From: Bugula neritina
Lineage: Eukaryota; Animalia; Bryozoa
Reading direction: 5' to 3'
DNA length: 64,000 nucleotides
Assembly: GCA_964035545.1 (NCBI GenBank)
Contig: OZ037767.1
Coordinates: 18,444,259 to 18,508,258, forward strand
Shown here: positions 52,766 to 64,000 of the stretch, in pieces
Position numbering within the stretch: position 1 is the first letter of the stretch
Layout of the letters: each line of letters opens with the position of its first letter
Program-made: the position numbers and the translations under genes
The notes under the pieces: generated by a model
Told to the model about the DNA's origin: nothing
The model's input: only the letters and a program-made list of their open reading frames with translations
Databases searched by the model: none

Positions 52766-53613
52766 TGTCTCCCATTACCGCGGGGGCAACTTCGTATGAA
52801 GTGCCCACCACTACCACAGCCCCAGCATACGGGGCGACGTCTGTCGTCGACAGCTACCGACGACCTCCTGGGTCGCTCGGCTGTCGACTGCTGGCGCAGT
52901 TGCCTAATCTCGGTTAGCAGTTCTCGAATCAAGCTTGTGGTCAAGCTAGTTGATTCGTCTGCTGCTGCCGAGGCGACATGTACAGCTGTCTTCGCCGGCG
53001 AAGTCGACACGTCGTCGTCTGCTCCGACCTGCTGCATCGTCGCACCAGGTCGACTCGCACTGACAGCTTGGAAATAGGCATTCCCAAGCCTTAGAGCTCT
53101 CTCCATAGTCTCAACTTCGGCCACCAGCAGATGCTGTTTTAGACCGAGGTTGTTAATAGACTGGAGGAATGCATCCAGTGCTAGGCTCTGTCGACTATCA
53201 GCAGGCAAGTCGCTGTAGGCGACTTGTGCCAGTCGTTCGACTGCGGTAGCATGCTCTCGCAGGTTGGTCTTAGGATTTCTCCTAAGACTCTGCAGTTGCA
53301 CGCGAGCATCTCGAGCGGTTAATCCAAACCGAGCTCGTAGTGCTTCAAATATGTCACCGACATTCTGGCTTATCCCATAGGGTTTAGCCGGCCCTGTCAG
53401 ACATAACCGCAGCTGGATCAGAGTAACCCTATTCGGCCATCCGCAGATGTCCGCCACATCACCAAACCCAGTGATGAATTGCTCCACATCTTCTTCCCCT
53501 GAGAAGATGGGAGCCCGCAAGTGGTACCTGTCCATAGGCAGCGCTGGGCCGCCTATGTGATCCTCCTCTACTGCTGCCGGTCCCTGTCTGAGCGCGTCGT
53601 CCTCGTCGGCCAT
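52741..53613 (-). CDS. gag: Gypsy Gag, 290 aa, intact
   Basis: Open ORF just after the PBS; APIFSGEEDVEQFI capsid-like start; CCHC knuckle CWGCGSGGHFIRSC. Confidence 0.93.
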   Translation of the reverse strand: MADEDDALRQGPAAVEEDHIGGPALPMDRYHLRAPIFSGEEDVEQFITGFGDVADICGWPNRVTLIQLRLCLTGPAKPYGISQNVGDIFEALRARFGLTARDARVQLQSLRRNPKTNLREHATAVERLAQVAYSDLPADSRQSLALDAFLQSINNLGLKQHLLVAEVETMERALRLGNAYFQAVSASRPGATMQQVGADDDVSTSPAKTAVHVASAAADESTSLTTSLIRELLTEIRQLRQQSTAERPRRSSVAVDDRRRPVCWGCGSGGHFIRSCPRGNGRQLNSNSSR

Positions 53614-53649
53614 CTTACTCCCTGGCTAGGAGCATTTGTATTAAGTGGA

Positions 53650-53667
53650 ATTCCACCGCTGCCACCA
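53650..53667 (-). promoter_or_regulatory. Primer binding site, tRNA-Leu (AAG/TAG type)
   Basis: TGGTGGCAGCGGTGGAAT, 1 nt from the 5' LTR; complementary (17/18) to the conserved 3' end ...ATCCCACCGCTGCCA-CCA of animal tRNA-Leu. Confidence 0.85.
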
Positions 53668-53668
53668 C

Positions 53669-54085
53669 TGTAGTGAATTTCGCAATTCACTATATTATAT
53701 GTGGGTCAACTTAAACAAAGCCACTACACCAGGTTGTTTACGCTAAGATAGTTTATTATTCACAAGATACAAGAAGTTTTATTTACTGCTAACATGAATA
53801 TAAACGATTACATAATTAGTGAGCTTTATACACAACTACTCTAAATGAAGTCCCAAGCTGCTCTGTCTGGCTAGCTACTCAGCGCGCTTCCACCACGAGT
53901 AGCTAGCTCCACCTGCTATCAATTAGAATGTCAGTCCTGATTGGTGGTTACTAGTGGTGCCACTGCTGGCCATAGCTACAAGTCGCAGGAGGTCGATGTA
54001 GTCGATCTCCACAATAGTATACAATATAGAGTTGGCCCTTTCGATTAATAACTAACAATAAATTGCACCACTGAAATCCATTACA
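53669..54085 (-). repeat. 5' LTR
   Basis: 417 bp TG...CA, adjacent to the PBS. Confidence 0.97.
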
Positions 54086-54394
54086 TTATTTCTTATATGT
54101 CAATCAAAATAATGTAGTTTGGCATTCCTATAGCTATGTATTGTTTCATATTTATTTTTCAAATCACTTCGACAAAGTGATTAAAGTTTGATATATCATT
54201 TTGTGCTTTTTTAAATTAGGTGCCTCTGGAATCAGTACAGCAACAGGAGCTATCTAACAATTTAATACTACAGCAAAGTCAGCAGCTGGAATAGCAGGAG
54301 TTGCTGGAATTACAGCTGGTTCTATGGGAAGTGCTTGGTTAATGTCAAAAGCAGCAGATAAGTGTAAATATCTCATAGGAGTTGATGACAGAGG

Positions 54395-56187
54395 TTATAT
54401 GCTAGACAACCATAGCAAGTGGTAGCTGTCGACCTGGTCTGACCCATGCCCCCAACTCCCAGAGGCAACAGCTGGATCCTGGTATTAACCGACCACTTCA
54501 CGAGGTGGGCTGACGCTCTAGCTATCCCAGACACGTCGGCTCCGACAGTGGCCAGGATGTTGGATCAACATGTATTCTGTTATTTCGGCCTTCGGGAACA
54601 GATACATTCAGACCAAAGCACTTAATTGCAGTCTCAACTGATGAGCAACCTCTGCCGCCTCTCGGGAGTAAATCAGAGCACGACCACCCCCTACCATTCA
54701 CAAGGTAACGGGGTGGTGGAGCGCAACAACCGGATTCTAGGTGATGCGCTCCGGAGTCTGCTCCTAGGGCGTAGTCAGGAGGAATAGATACAGTACTGCC
54801 GCAGGTCATGCGCGCTTACCGCAGCACACCACGCACCAGCACTGGTGAGACCCCAATCTTTTATTGCTCGGTCGAGAGGCTCGGGTCCCCGAATACCTTA
54901 CCTACCATGTTCCTGAGCAAGACAGCTCGATCCACGAGTACGCCAGTGAACTGGTAGAGCGGATGAAGGCCACGCACAAAATGCTGCGAGAGAAAAAGTG
55001 ACAGGTGCGGCGTGAAGATTCCGATGAGTCACCCTTCTATCAAGCTGGAGACTGGGTGTGGATGGTCAATCACCGTAGGCGTCGCGGACAGGCGGCTAAG
55101 TTAGAGCCTAAGTTCGTGGGGCCGTACGTAGTAGTCGAGGCGATGCCCAACCATACCTACAAGATTGAGCGCTCAGGACAGGTGTCTATCCAAAATGAGG
55201 CTCGCTTTAAGTCGTATTGGGTTAGCCCCGACGCGGTGGAAAAAGGCCCGCCTCCCTGTTGTTGGAGCCCCAGGGGCAGACAACAACGCGTGGGCGGCAG
55301 CGGCGTGGACCCGAGTATGAGGAGGTCATGCCGCGGGAGGAAGACCTGGCAAAAGACGAGCAACCACTTTTGCCGGGAGAAGTGCTTCCGCTGCCTCTAG
55401 CGCCAGGCCTGACACCATAATTTCCGGAACCCGAGCCCGGAAGGGCAAACCCCCACGGAGGGAGGGGCTCCATCTGGAGAAATCAGAGAAGAGCCAGTCA
55501 CTAACAGGCCGGAAGCCCCGCCAGTGGAGCTTGATAGTCCACCGGTGAGTGCACCATCCTCTCTAGAACGAGGACAGCGTACTAGACAACCCCCAGCCTA
55601 CTTAAAAGACTTCATATGTGACTGCGTTCAAAGCGGCAAATATGTAAGTGCAGCGGGGTGCCGTACGGACAAACTATCGGTGAAGAGAAGGTTCCGTGCC
55701 CGTCAAGCTAAGCATCGGTCCCAAACACAATAACAATAATCTTTACAGGGGTGAGGAATTATCTATGAGTCATGTCCTTCCTGGAAATTCTCTGTGGACA
55801 ACGTTGTGGTCATTTAGATGACGTTGTCCCATCTTCTTATATAAGTTGCTGACACATCCGATAGTACTTTTCTCTCTACATCTGACCTTGTATTTTTTTG
55901 ATTATTTCTTGTTATTACTGTTCTTATATGGGTAATGTAATATGTGTTTCTTCTTTTTCTATTATATTATTATATGAATGTTATTACCAGAAAATAGGCT
56001 TTCTGCTGGTGGGGGCGGTGTGGTGGCTCACTGAATTACTCTTATAATAGAGAAGGGGAGCGTTGTTATTCCCCTTCTAAGTAGACTGTTAGATCATTGC
56101 GTACACGAGGAAATGGCCTGATTGTGACGAACCCTCCAATAAAAATACACTTGGACTATATTATCGAGGACAGTGGTTTCCCGCGCA
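54395..56187 (+). mobile_element. Decayed Gypsy fragment (integrase and 3' region) related to the full-length element, opposite orientation
   Basis: QVVAVDLV*PMPPTPRGNSWILVLTDHFTRWADALAIPD...KLEPKFVGPY...PAYLKDF with many stops and frameshifts. G-rich PPT-like tract at about 56008-56018, then a possible short LTR 56019-56187 containing AATAAA (ends uncertain). Confidence 0.85.
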
Positions 56188-56829
56188 GTTGTTAGTAGTG
56201 TCGAACAAAAATTTAAATAAAAATTTATAAAATAAAATAAATTATTGTATATTGTAATTTATTACTGAATTGATTAACTGAATTAAATAACTGAATTAAT
56301 TTGAATCAAATTAATTTGAACTTCTGGTTTAGTCAGATTGGTCAGTTAGAATGAAGCAAAGTTACTTATTGGCTTTTAGTTTCAAAATTTTTTTTATAAT
56401 TTGCAATTGATTAATCAAAGCTAAGAGTTATCTTTGCTCGACAAATATTATTGGTTTGGAAATCATGTAGTAATGTATATGCGTGGTTCTAGTGTATTGT
56501 GTAACGGTTAGCACTCAGGTTAATATTCTGTGAGACAAATTTGGGATTTGCTCCCCCAGAAGAATTGAAATTATAATGTATATATATTGTATAATATGTA
56601 TATCTATTTGATAATAATATCAAAGCAAGCAAAATTACAATAGCAAAATATTACAAAAATGAACCAAACCAAAACAAAGATTATCCTAGCGATCCTTTGA
56701 AATCTTTCTGTGTTTACATTATACTAGCAAACATAAATTGATAAGTCTGACAATCGAAATAGACAAGTTATTCAAACTAAATACACAAAGGAATTGCAGT
56801 TAGAACATCAATATTAAAATATTTCCTTT

Positions 56830-57650
56830 AACATAAACTTGTGCAGCCTTAAAATAAATTTTCCAATATAAATTTGTGCAGCCTTGAAATAAATTTTCTC
56901 AATATAAGTTTGTGCAGCCTTGAAATAAATTCTCTCAATTCAAATATTTCTCAAATATAAATTTGTGCAGCCTTAAAATAAATTTTCTCAATATAAATTT
57001 GTGCAGCCTTGAAATAAATCTCTCAATTCAAATATTTCTCAAATATAAATTTGTGCAGCTTTACAATCCAAATATTTCTTCAATATAAATTTGTATAGCT
57101 TTGAAATGAATTTTCTCAATTCAAATATTTCTCAAATATAAATTTGTGCAGCTTTTAAAATTCAAATATTTCTTCAACATAAATTTGTGCAGCTTTGAAA
57201 TAAATTTTCTCAATTCAAATATTTCTTAAATGTAAATTTGTGCAGCTTTAAAATTCAAATATTTCTTCAATATAAATTTGTGCAGCTTTAAAATTCAAAT
57301 ATTACTTCAATATAAATTTGTGCAGTTTTGAAATAAATTTTCTCAATTCAAATATTTCTCAAATATAAATTTGTGCAGCTTTGAAATAAATTTTCTCAAT
57401 TCAAATATTTAATCTCAATATAAATTCGTGCAACTGTAAAATTCAAGTATTTTTCTCAATATAAATTTGTATAGCTTTGAAATAAATTTTCCAATAACTC
57501 AACAATTTTCCTCAAATAAATTTGTGCTGCTTCAAAATCAATAAATCAATTCAAACAATTTTCTTCAAAATAAATTTGTGCTGCTTTTAAAAATCAATAA
57601 ATCAATTCAAACAATTTTCTTTAAATAAATTTGTGCTGCTTTTAAAATAA
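56830..57650. repeat. Composite AT-rich satellite (AATATAAATTTGTGCAGC core with variable spacers)
   Basis: About 20 copies of the core separated by GAAATAAATTTTCTC and AATTCAAATATTT modules. Confidence 0.9.
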
Positions 57651-58958
57651 CATCAATAAATTCGTTAGTTCAAATAGGACAAAAGGAGATTAACACACAC
57701 ATATATATATATGTATCCTTAACATAAAATTGTAAAATTACTTACTGCAATCAGTCTATGTCACTGATACGTAAATCAACTAGTCAAGTTTCTTGATATT
57801 TCTTCTAGTACTAATATTATTGTTACTGCTGCTATTGCTGCTATATCTTCTATGCTCCAATTGTCTTCAGTTGCCTTTGTCTTCTTTATATCTTCATTTT
57901 CTCGTCGTCGTTATTTTCTAGAGACTCGGTGTCTCCTTTTATACTGGATTCTCTTGGCAATGGTTCAGAATTTAAAGATGCTGGCAGTAACTGACCAATG
58001 AAAACTGGCGACAGACTGACGTAGAATTTGGTTAGGTATGTTGTCAGCTTTACAGCCAAGATGGAGATTAACGTAAGAAGGATCTGTTGTTGTTGTTGGC
58101 TCATCTTTGTATATTGTGGGCTATATCATCATTAATTGTACAGCAACCCTTAATCTAAAGAATAAATCTTTTTAGACTATAATATGATAACATGTATCAG
58201 CCGATGCTCACGTGTTGATTTTTGCAATGGGCTATATTAATGTTAAATAATTTATTAAGCATTTAAATTATTTTATATCATCCATATGTTGGTGTAAATA
58301 AATATTCACACATATACGTATGTATATCTCTATCTCTGAACAGCATCTGTTATATATTCCAGGTTTTTATTCATTTCCATTTGTTCATCAATTAGTGTTT
58401 TATTTCAAAAGTCAATAATTACAAATTTCAACACGTGATCATGGCATGTAGTACTGTCTCAACATCGCAATTACTTATTTAAAAGCCACACTACTAAATA
58501 GTATTATTTGCATTGCCAAAAAGCTATAAATTTATGTGTCATATATATATGTATAATATATTAATGCATTCTTTGTTTAGAGCAACTTCTGTGTAAGACC
58601 AAAATATCTAACTCACTCAAAACTTGCACATTTAAACTTTAACTTCACTCATTGGGCCTATTACTTTTTGAAATGTACTTTATATTCTTCCTTGAATGTT
58701 GTAGATAAACTGTAGTCTACATACCGTGGTGGAACAGACATAATAATTTGCAACTGCATCAGCCTACTGCAGCGGCCACCTTACTAAGAGTCTTAAGCAA
58801 ACCTCAGCATCGCCAAAGTCATATTTTAGTGAGCTGACAGAACATCTCAGAGACATAGCTTGTGAAGTACAGGAGTAAGAATTAAACATAAAAGAACAGT
58901 CAGTATATGTACAATCATGCCTCCTATCAAGAATATAGCTTTTAAGAATTTTTCTAAG

Positions 58959-59110
<152 letters not shown>

Positions 59111-59391
59111 CTTTAGCTTTATCACTTATGACATAATTATTAGACATTCTACTTCTAACCTCAATGCAAAATATTCCCACGGTCCTTGCAGGCTTCATGG
59201 TAATGAGGCTATTAGACATTTTCTGCTGTTTACATTAGCAAATAATTTCAGTCTTGATGCTGGTCACCATGAGGACGCAACTGTTTTGACACTTTTATTA
59301 GCATTTTTTTTCGTCTTGATGTCGGTCTTCATGATGATGCAACTGTTTTGGTACTTCTATTCTCATCAATAAAATAAGCATAAAACTAGTT

Positions 59392-59498
59392 TTATTTATC
59401 TTGGTAAAGCCATTATTTATCTTGGTAAAGCCATTATTTATCTTGGTAAAGCCATTATTTATCTTGGTAAAACCATATTTATCTTGGTAAAGCCATTT
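59392..59498. repeat. 21-bp tandem repeat (TTATTTATCTTGGTAAAGCCA) x5
   Basis: Directly visible. Confidence 0.9.
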
Positions 59499-62107
59499 TG
59501 CAAGGTCATAATAAAGCTTGACACAGGAAACTATTTTGCAATATCACGTTGAAGTCTGAATTTCTTCTTCATCACTTTACCGCAAGCTTTTAAGCTATAC
59601 AATATACATATGTATATATTCAAATCATCCGCTCCAATCACAGTCACTATTAGCATATCATTTTGTAAATACATCAAGTTGCTGTGCAGTATCTACTCTG
59701 CAAAAATGTATAGTATATTCCTGATCTGACAGTAGGCAGGAGAAATGTAAACACTTGACTAGGTTGTTGTGAAATTGTCAGAGTAAATGTAAAGTTTTAT
59801 TGTTATATCTTTTCTATAAATATAATTATCCATTGTCACGTAACTACATTGTGGAGTTGATTTGGATTACCAACAATGTGCTAAATTGAATATACACTGA
59901 TAACCCCTACAAGAGCAAATTATAACAATACAAAACAATAGTTGCTTAACTTTTTTCAATGCTTTACAATGGTTATTAATTTACTTATTCCGCCTGTACG
60001 AGTAGCTATATGTATATATAGCAAATAATATTGACTATTACGTCTTTATTCTGTCTGAATTATTTAGTGAGCGGTTCATTGATGAGATCCAGTAGCCGTA
60101 GGTTAGAGAGTAGAGTGGGGCCGTTTGGGGAATCCCCACTCTAGTAGTTCCCTACGTCGTATTATTACGTTCGCAATAATAATATCAATATTATGCGATT
60201 GGGTTAAAAAAATAGTTAGAGAGCGATCCCAGTAAATATTCTTGTTAAATAAAATTCCTCCTCCTCGTGCATTTGTTTTTAATTTTAATGTTGACCCCAC
60301 AGACGTTTGCATATGTAGCGCAACGACTAGTGATTAGATGATAAATTTATTTGTTCAATTCAAAACATAATCATAATGATCATAATAATAATAATAATAA
60401 TAATAATACTAATAGTAATAGTAAATGTAATAGATTGTGCGGTCATGGTGATACTCAGTATCATACTGATACTGATGGTGCTGTAGCCTCAGCCTGTAGC
60501 GTAGGCGTAGCCGTAGGTCAACATGAACATGTGACTTGAAGTTAGAGTTAGTTAGTGTTACTAACTACAACTCAATAAGTTAAGTCACAACTTATAAGTT
60601 ATCACCATGACTAACGGTCTCAATTTTAGGGTGTGAGATTGTATACTGATACTCATTTATATGAGTTATAAGTTATACTTATAGTTATAGTAAATTACTA
60701 TTTCTATTTGTAATAATAATAGATCATTACATTAGTGATTAGATGTTGATGTTAAAGCTAAACGTTGCAGATAGAGCTACTACTAGTACTAGTACTACTG
60801 TATTACCAGAAGTAGATATTCGCAGTCATCAATTATTTTAATCAGTAAATGTAATGTAGGTTATTTAACTTTTAAGTTTTAAGCATTGGCTGAACATAAA
60901 TGTTACGTTCAATTTGACATTAGACGTTAGTCATACTCATTCACATTGTCAATAAATAATAGTGTGTGTTAAATCAAACCAAGTTAATTAGTTATCTGCA
61001 TCAGTGCTTGGTATTCGGTTTTACCATTAAATTTAAAGATTGTGTTTGATTTTTAACTTTAAGTAATTAATTTAATATTTTAATAACTTTAAGGAATGCG
61101 TCTGCTGTTGGACTTAGTACTATGTCGACTAGTGACAATGCCAAGCCTAATAGTAGTATAAGTACTAGCAGTATCTACTGCTAATAGAATAATACTTGTA
61201 CTAGTATAACGCGCTAACTGTAATGAGCAATGCAAGGGTCATGTAGGGTTATTCATTGTTAATGTAACTTGTGATATAAAATCTTCAAATACTGTTAGTG
61301 TTAGTGCTTCTAGTTCTAGAAAACTTGTAGTAGTTGTCAGTGAAGATAAAGTTGAGCTTAGTTACTCTTTGATTGTGATATTGATTATGATAATAATATA
61401 GATGCTAATGGTTGTAGTAAAATTAAGTTTAATAGCAAAACTAACGACCCAGTCATTGTATATTGTAGTAAGTTAGAGTTAAGCTTAGCCATTACTTCTA
61501 CCCTTATAATTTAAATCAATGACCACTAATCAATATTTAACTGTTTTTTAAATCAAGAGTAACTGCCTATCTTTAATGCTGTTGTAATATTTACACAGTT
61601 TATGTAAATTTGGAGTTACCTTTTCTTGATGTTATGGCTGATCAATTGATATTCTGTTTTTGAAAAATATAGTCACTTCCTGTTTGACAAACTGTAGTGC
61701 TTGATTAAAACAATTTGAAGATGAAAACTAATCCACTAATAATTGCTAGATAAATAGACATCTAAAGAATAAAACACTTCTAGTTAGTTTTGCAACAGCA
61801 TATTGGAATAAATTGTGGGTTCTGTAAGAATTTTGACGAGAAAACACAACTCTCTGTATAGCAAAAAAGAGAAGGCAATTCAATGTGTAAAATGTCTTTA
61901 TTGGTATGCTTCCAACGAAAAAGTATAAAAATCTGTATGAAGATAGTGTTCCCTCCGAGCTCCAGCAGTAGACTGAATCTATGCTGGCAAACTCTTCCTT
62001 TTATATTATAGAATTCGGACACTTCAAATTCACTTCAGCACTGCTTTGTACTGTCCTCACTCTAGTATGTCATCATATTTTTATTTATCTGGTTTCTAGA
62101 GTTTGAA

Positions 62108-62953
62108 ATGACCAATACTGCTGCTTCAGCTAGCAAAGTTGCTCGCTGCACTCTTTGTAAGGAGATTTTTACGCAGCGGCAAACTGTCCGGCCTTCTAAA
62201 AAATGTAGCCGCTGTGGTAAGTGCCCAGGCAGTTTAGAATGTATCACAATATTTGTCAACTCACAACTCTTACTATATTTTTACCATAGCTTCTGTAAAA
62301 TCTTAACTAAAGTAACAGATAACTCTATAAAATACAGAAAACTAAAGCAGTTTATAGTTGTATAATAATTATTTGAAGTTATTTTCTAATACCCTCACAA
62401 TTGTTAGCAGTACTGAAGTAGTACCTAAAACTGAATGCAGGATGTTACAATAACTAAATAGGAAATGGTTGCAGAGCTGTAGTTACTTCCTGTAGGCTAT
62501 GCTGTTTACTACTGCATTGTTGTTGATGTTTTAGTGATGAAAAGAAGATGTCCACACTGTCAGCATGTTATGGCGATAAATGCTGCCAATTGTCCTGGCT
62601 GTGGTGAGTCAGTAGGACTAACATTTATATTGCTGATTCCAAGTCTCTTGGGGTATAACTGTTCCTGTGAATATGGCTGTTTGTGTTTGCTGGTGCTATT
62701 CTAGTGTTTGGTTTGATGTTGTTTTTTGAAGTATCTGTAATATTCCATTATATTTGATAAAATGATATTTTTTACTATAAAAAATCTATGCAGTTAGATT
62801 TTTCAACTCCTAAGCAACATTTACGTGTGCACAGGTCAGTCTATGAAGTCATTGACAATAAACAGCAAACTGAAAACATTAAAGAGACAGTTTGAATGTG
62901 GAGAGCAACATAAGAGAGGTAATGGCTACACGAAACAGAGGATGTGTAACATG
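62108..62953 (+). CDS. First three coding exons of a small double zinc-ribbon (4x CxxC) protein; continues beyond window
   Basis: Exons 62108-62216, 62535-62603, 62835-62953 with strong donors (GTAAGT, GTGAGT, GTAAGC) and matching phases: MTNTAASASKVARCTLCKEIFTQRQTVRPSKKCSRCVMKRRCPHCQHVMAINAANCPGCGQSMKSLTINSKLKTLKRQF... Confidence 0.7.
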
Positions 62954-63009
62954 GTAAGCTCGTTCAGATCATAAGTTTGTTGGCAAGTGAGGTATTTAAA
63001 TCTTATCCT

Positions 63010-64000
63010 CACTTATTCTCATCTCTTTCTGCTTTTATTTTTTGGTATTCTTTAGTCTTTTAAAATATTCCTTCCATCTGTCTTTGATGCCCTTATGTTC
63101 ACTTATGATCTTGTCTTAATTGCTCATATTTGTTGAACACTATCCTGTCTGTCCTGTAATCTCCTCTGCCTTGCCCTTGCTAACCTGTATCTTTCCATCT
63201 GGACATTTTCTTCTAAATCTTTATACAAGTCTTCATAACCTGTCTCCTTTGCTATTGTACATTTCTCTTTGCTCACTTTATTCAGTCTTTTCAATGCCAA
63301 CTGATCTTCTCCCATCTTAGACTTCCTCGTTCCACCACCAGAATTTTTTCTCTTTGTACTTCTCTCTCTCTACTGACCCCAAGTGACTCCTTCGCTGCTT
63401 CAATTATTCTCAGGTATGCTCCATTCTATACGTCAAATTTCTCACTTCACTTCTCTGTAACTTTGTAAGCCAGCCCATCTCCCTCCTTCTCTTTGATTTT
63501 TTACCAGTTGATTTTCATTAGTCTTGCTCACTATCTTTCCTTTCTGTGATCTTGCAATCCGTTACCAAAAGCTTGTGTTGTAGTGCCATAGGCTCATCTG
63601 AGATAACTTTACAATCTCTCACTTTACCAACATGTAATCAATCACTCTCTGGTTTAAGCCGCTCTTGTATGTATAGATCTTCTCTTCACTTTGGCAAAGA
63701 AAGTATTAGCAAGCGCCAAATCTCTACTTCTTACATAATTCAGTATCTTCTCTCTATCATCATTCCTCCTGCCCGCTAACTTTTTTCCATGCCATCTCTC
63801 AAAGCCCTCCAGTCTATCTGTTCCGGCATGTTCATTCAAATCACCTGCTAATATCAGCTGTTCTGAGGCCGGGATGCGTGTAGTGATTCCTTATAGTTGG
63901 TTTTCTTTCTCTTCATATCCTTATCAAGGCGCTTATACCGTCACTATGTTGTATGTCTCTTTAGGTGTTACTTATTTCATTTTAATGATTTCTCAGATGC
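63010..64000 (-). mobile_element. Decayed RTE-clade LINE fragment (APE endonuclease and linker)
   Basis: ETYNIVTV*AP, LILAGDLNEHAG..FERWHG..RN..EKIL..DLALANTFFAK, WWNEEV, IKDRWKEYF with stops and frameshifts; antisense within an intron of the zinc-ribbon gene. Confidence 0.85.

Larger units (their letters stand above)
46408..54085 (-). mobile_element. Full-length Ty3/Gypsy LTR retrotransposon, 7678 bp, pol inactivated
   Basis: Two 417-bp TG...CA LTRs; 4-bp TSD TTAT (46404-46407, 54086-54089); PBS; gag-PR-RT-RH-IN order; no env. Confidence 0.98.

Noticed and set aside
48407-53077. Many + strand ORFs inside the Gypsy element
   Set aside because: Antisense shadows of GC-rich gag/pol.
56485-56560. 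tRNA-Gln-like GTGTAACGGTTAGCACTC
   Set aside because: No cloverleaf or B box; at most a decayed SINE head.
56830-57650. CRISPR-like repeat-spacer appearance
   Set aside because: The spacers are themselves repeated modules, there are no cas genes, and the context is eukaryotic.
57713-57723. GTATCCTTAAC, resembling U12 signals
   Set aside because: No associated exon; probably chance.

Overview
AT-rich, intron-rich animal genomic DNA; an invertebrate, possibly a lophotrochozoan (inference only). Left 40 kb: six spliced genes whose exons I could phase by hand. They are a C2H2 zinc-finger gene (-, runs off the window start), CHMP1B (+, first coding intron has U12 minor-spliceosome signals), heme catalase (+, two alternative C-terminal micro-exons), MRPL21 (-) head-to-head with CSTF2 (+), and a secreted, probably GPI-anchored triple-Kunitz protein (+). 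Many introns are filled by minisatellites that abut or contain the splice sites, and three introns hold MITEs. Right 24 kb is TE-rich. It holds a 5'-truncated Penelope-like element (GIY-YIG) with inverted pseudo-LTRs that each carry a hammerhead ribozyme, and a full-length 7.7-kb Gypsy element (417-bp LTRs, TTAT TSD, tRNA-Leu PBS, -1 frameshift signal, decayed pol). It also holds a second decayed Gypsy fragment, the start of a small double zinc-ribbon gene and an RTE-type LINE fragment. Best leads: the catalase C-terminal (PTS1) splice switch, the paired intact/mutated hammerheads, minisatellites made of in-frame splice sites, and a stop-codon-rich periodic tract that follows most gene starts. 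All coordinates were read by eye and no searches were run.
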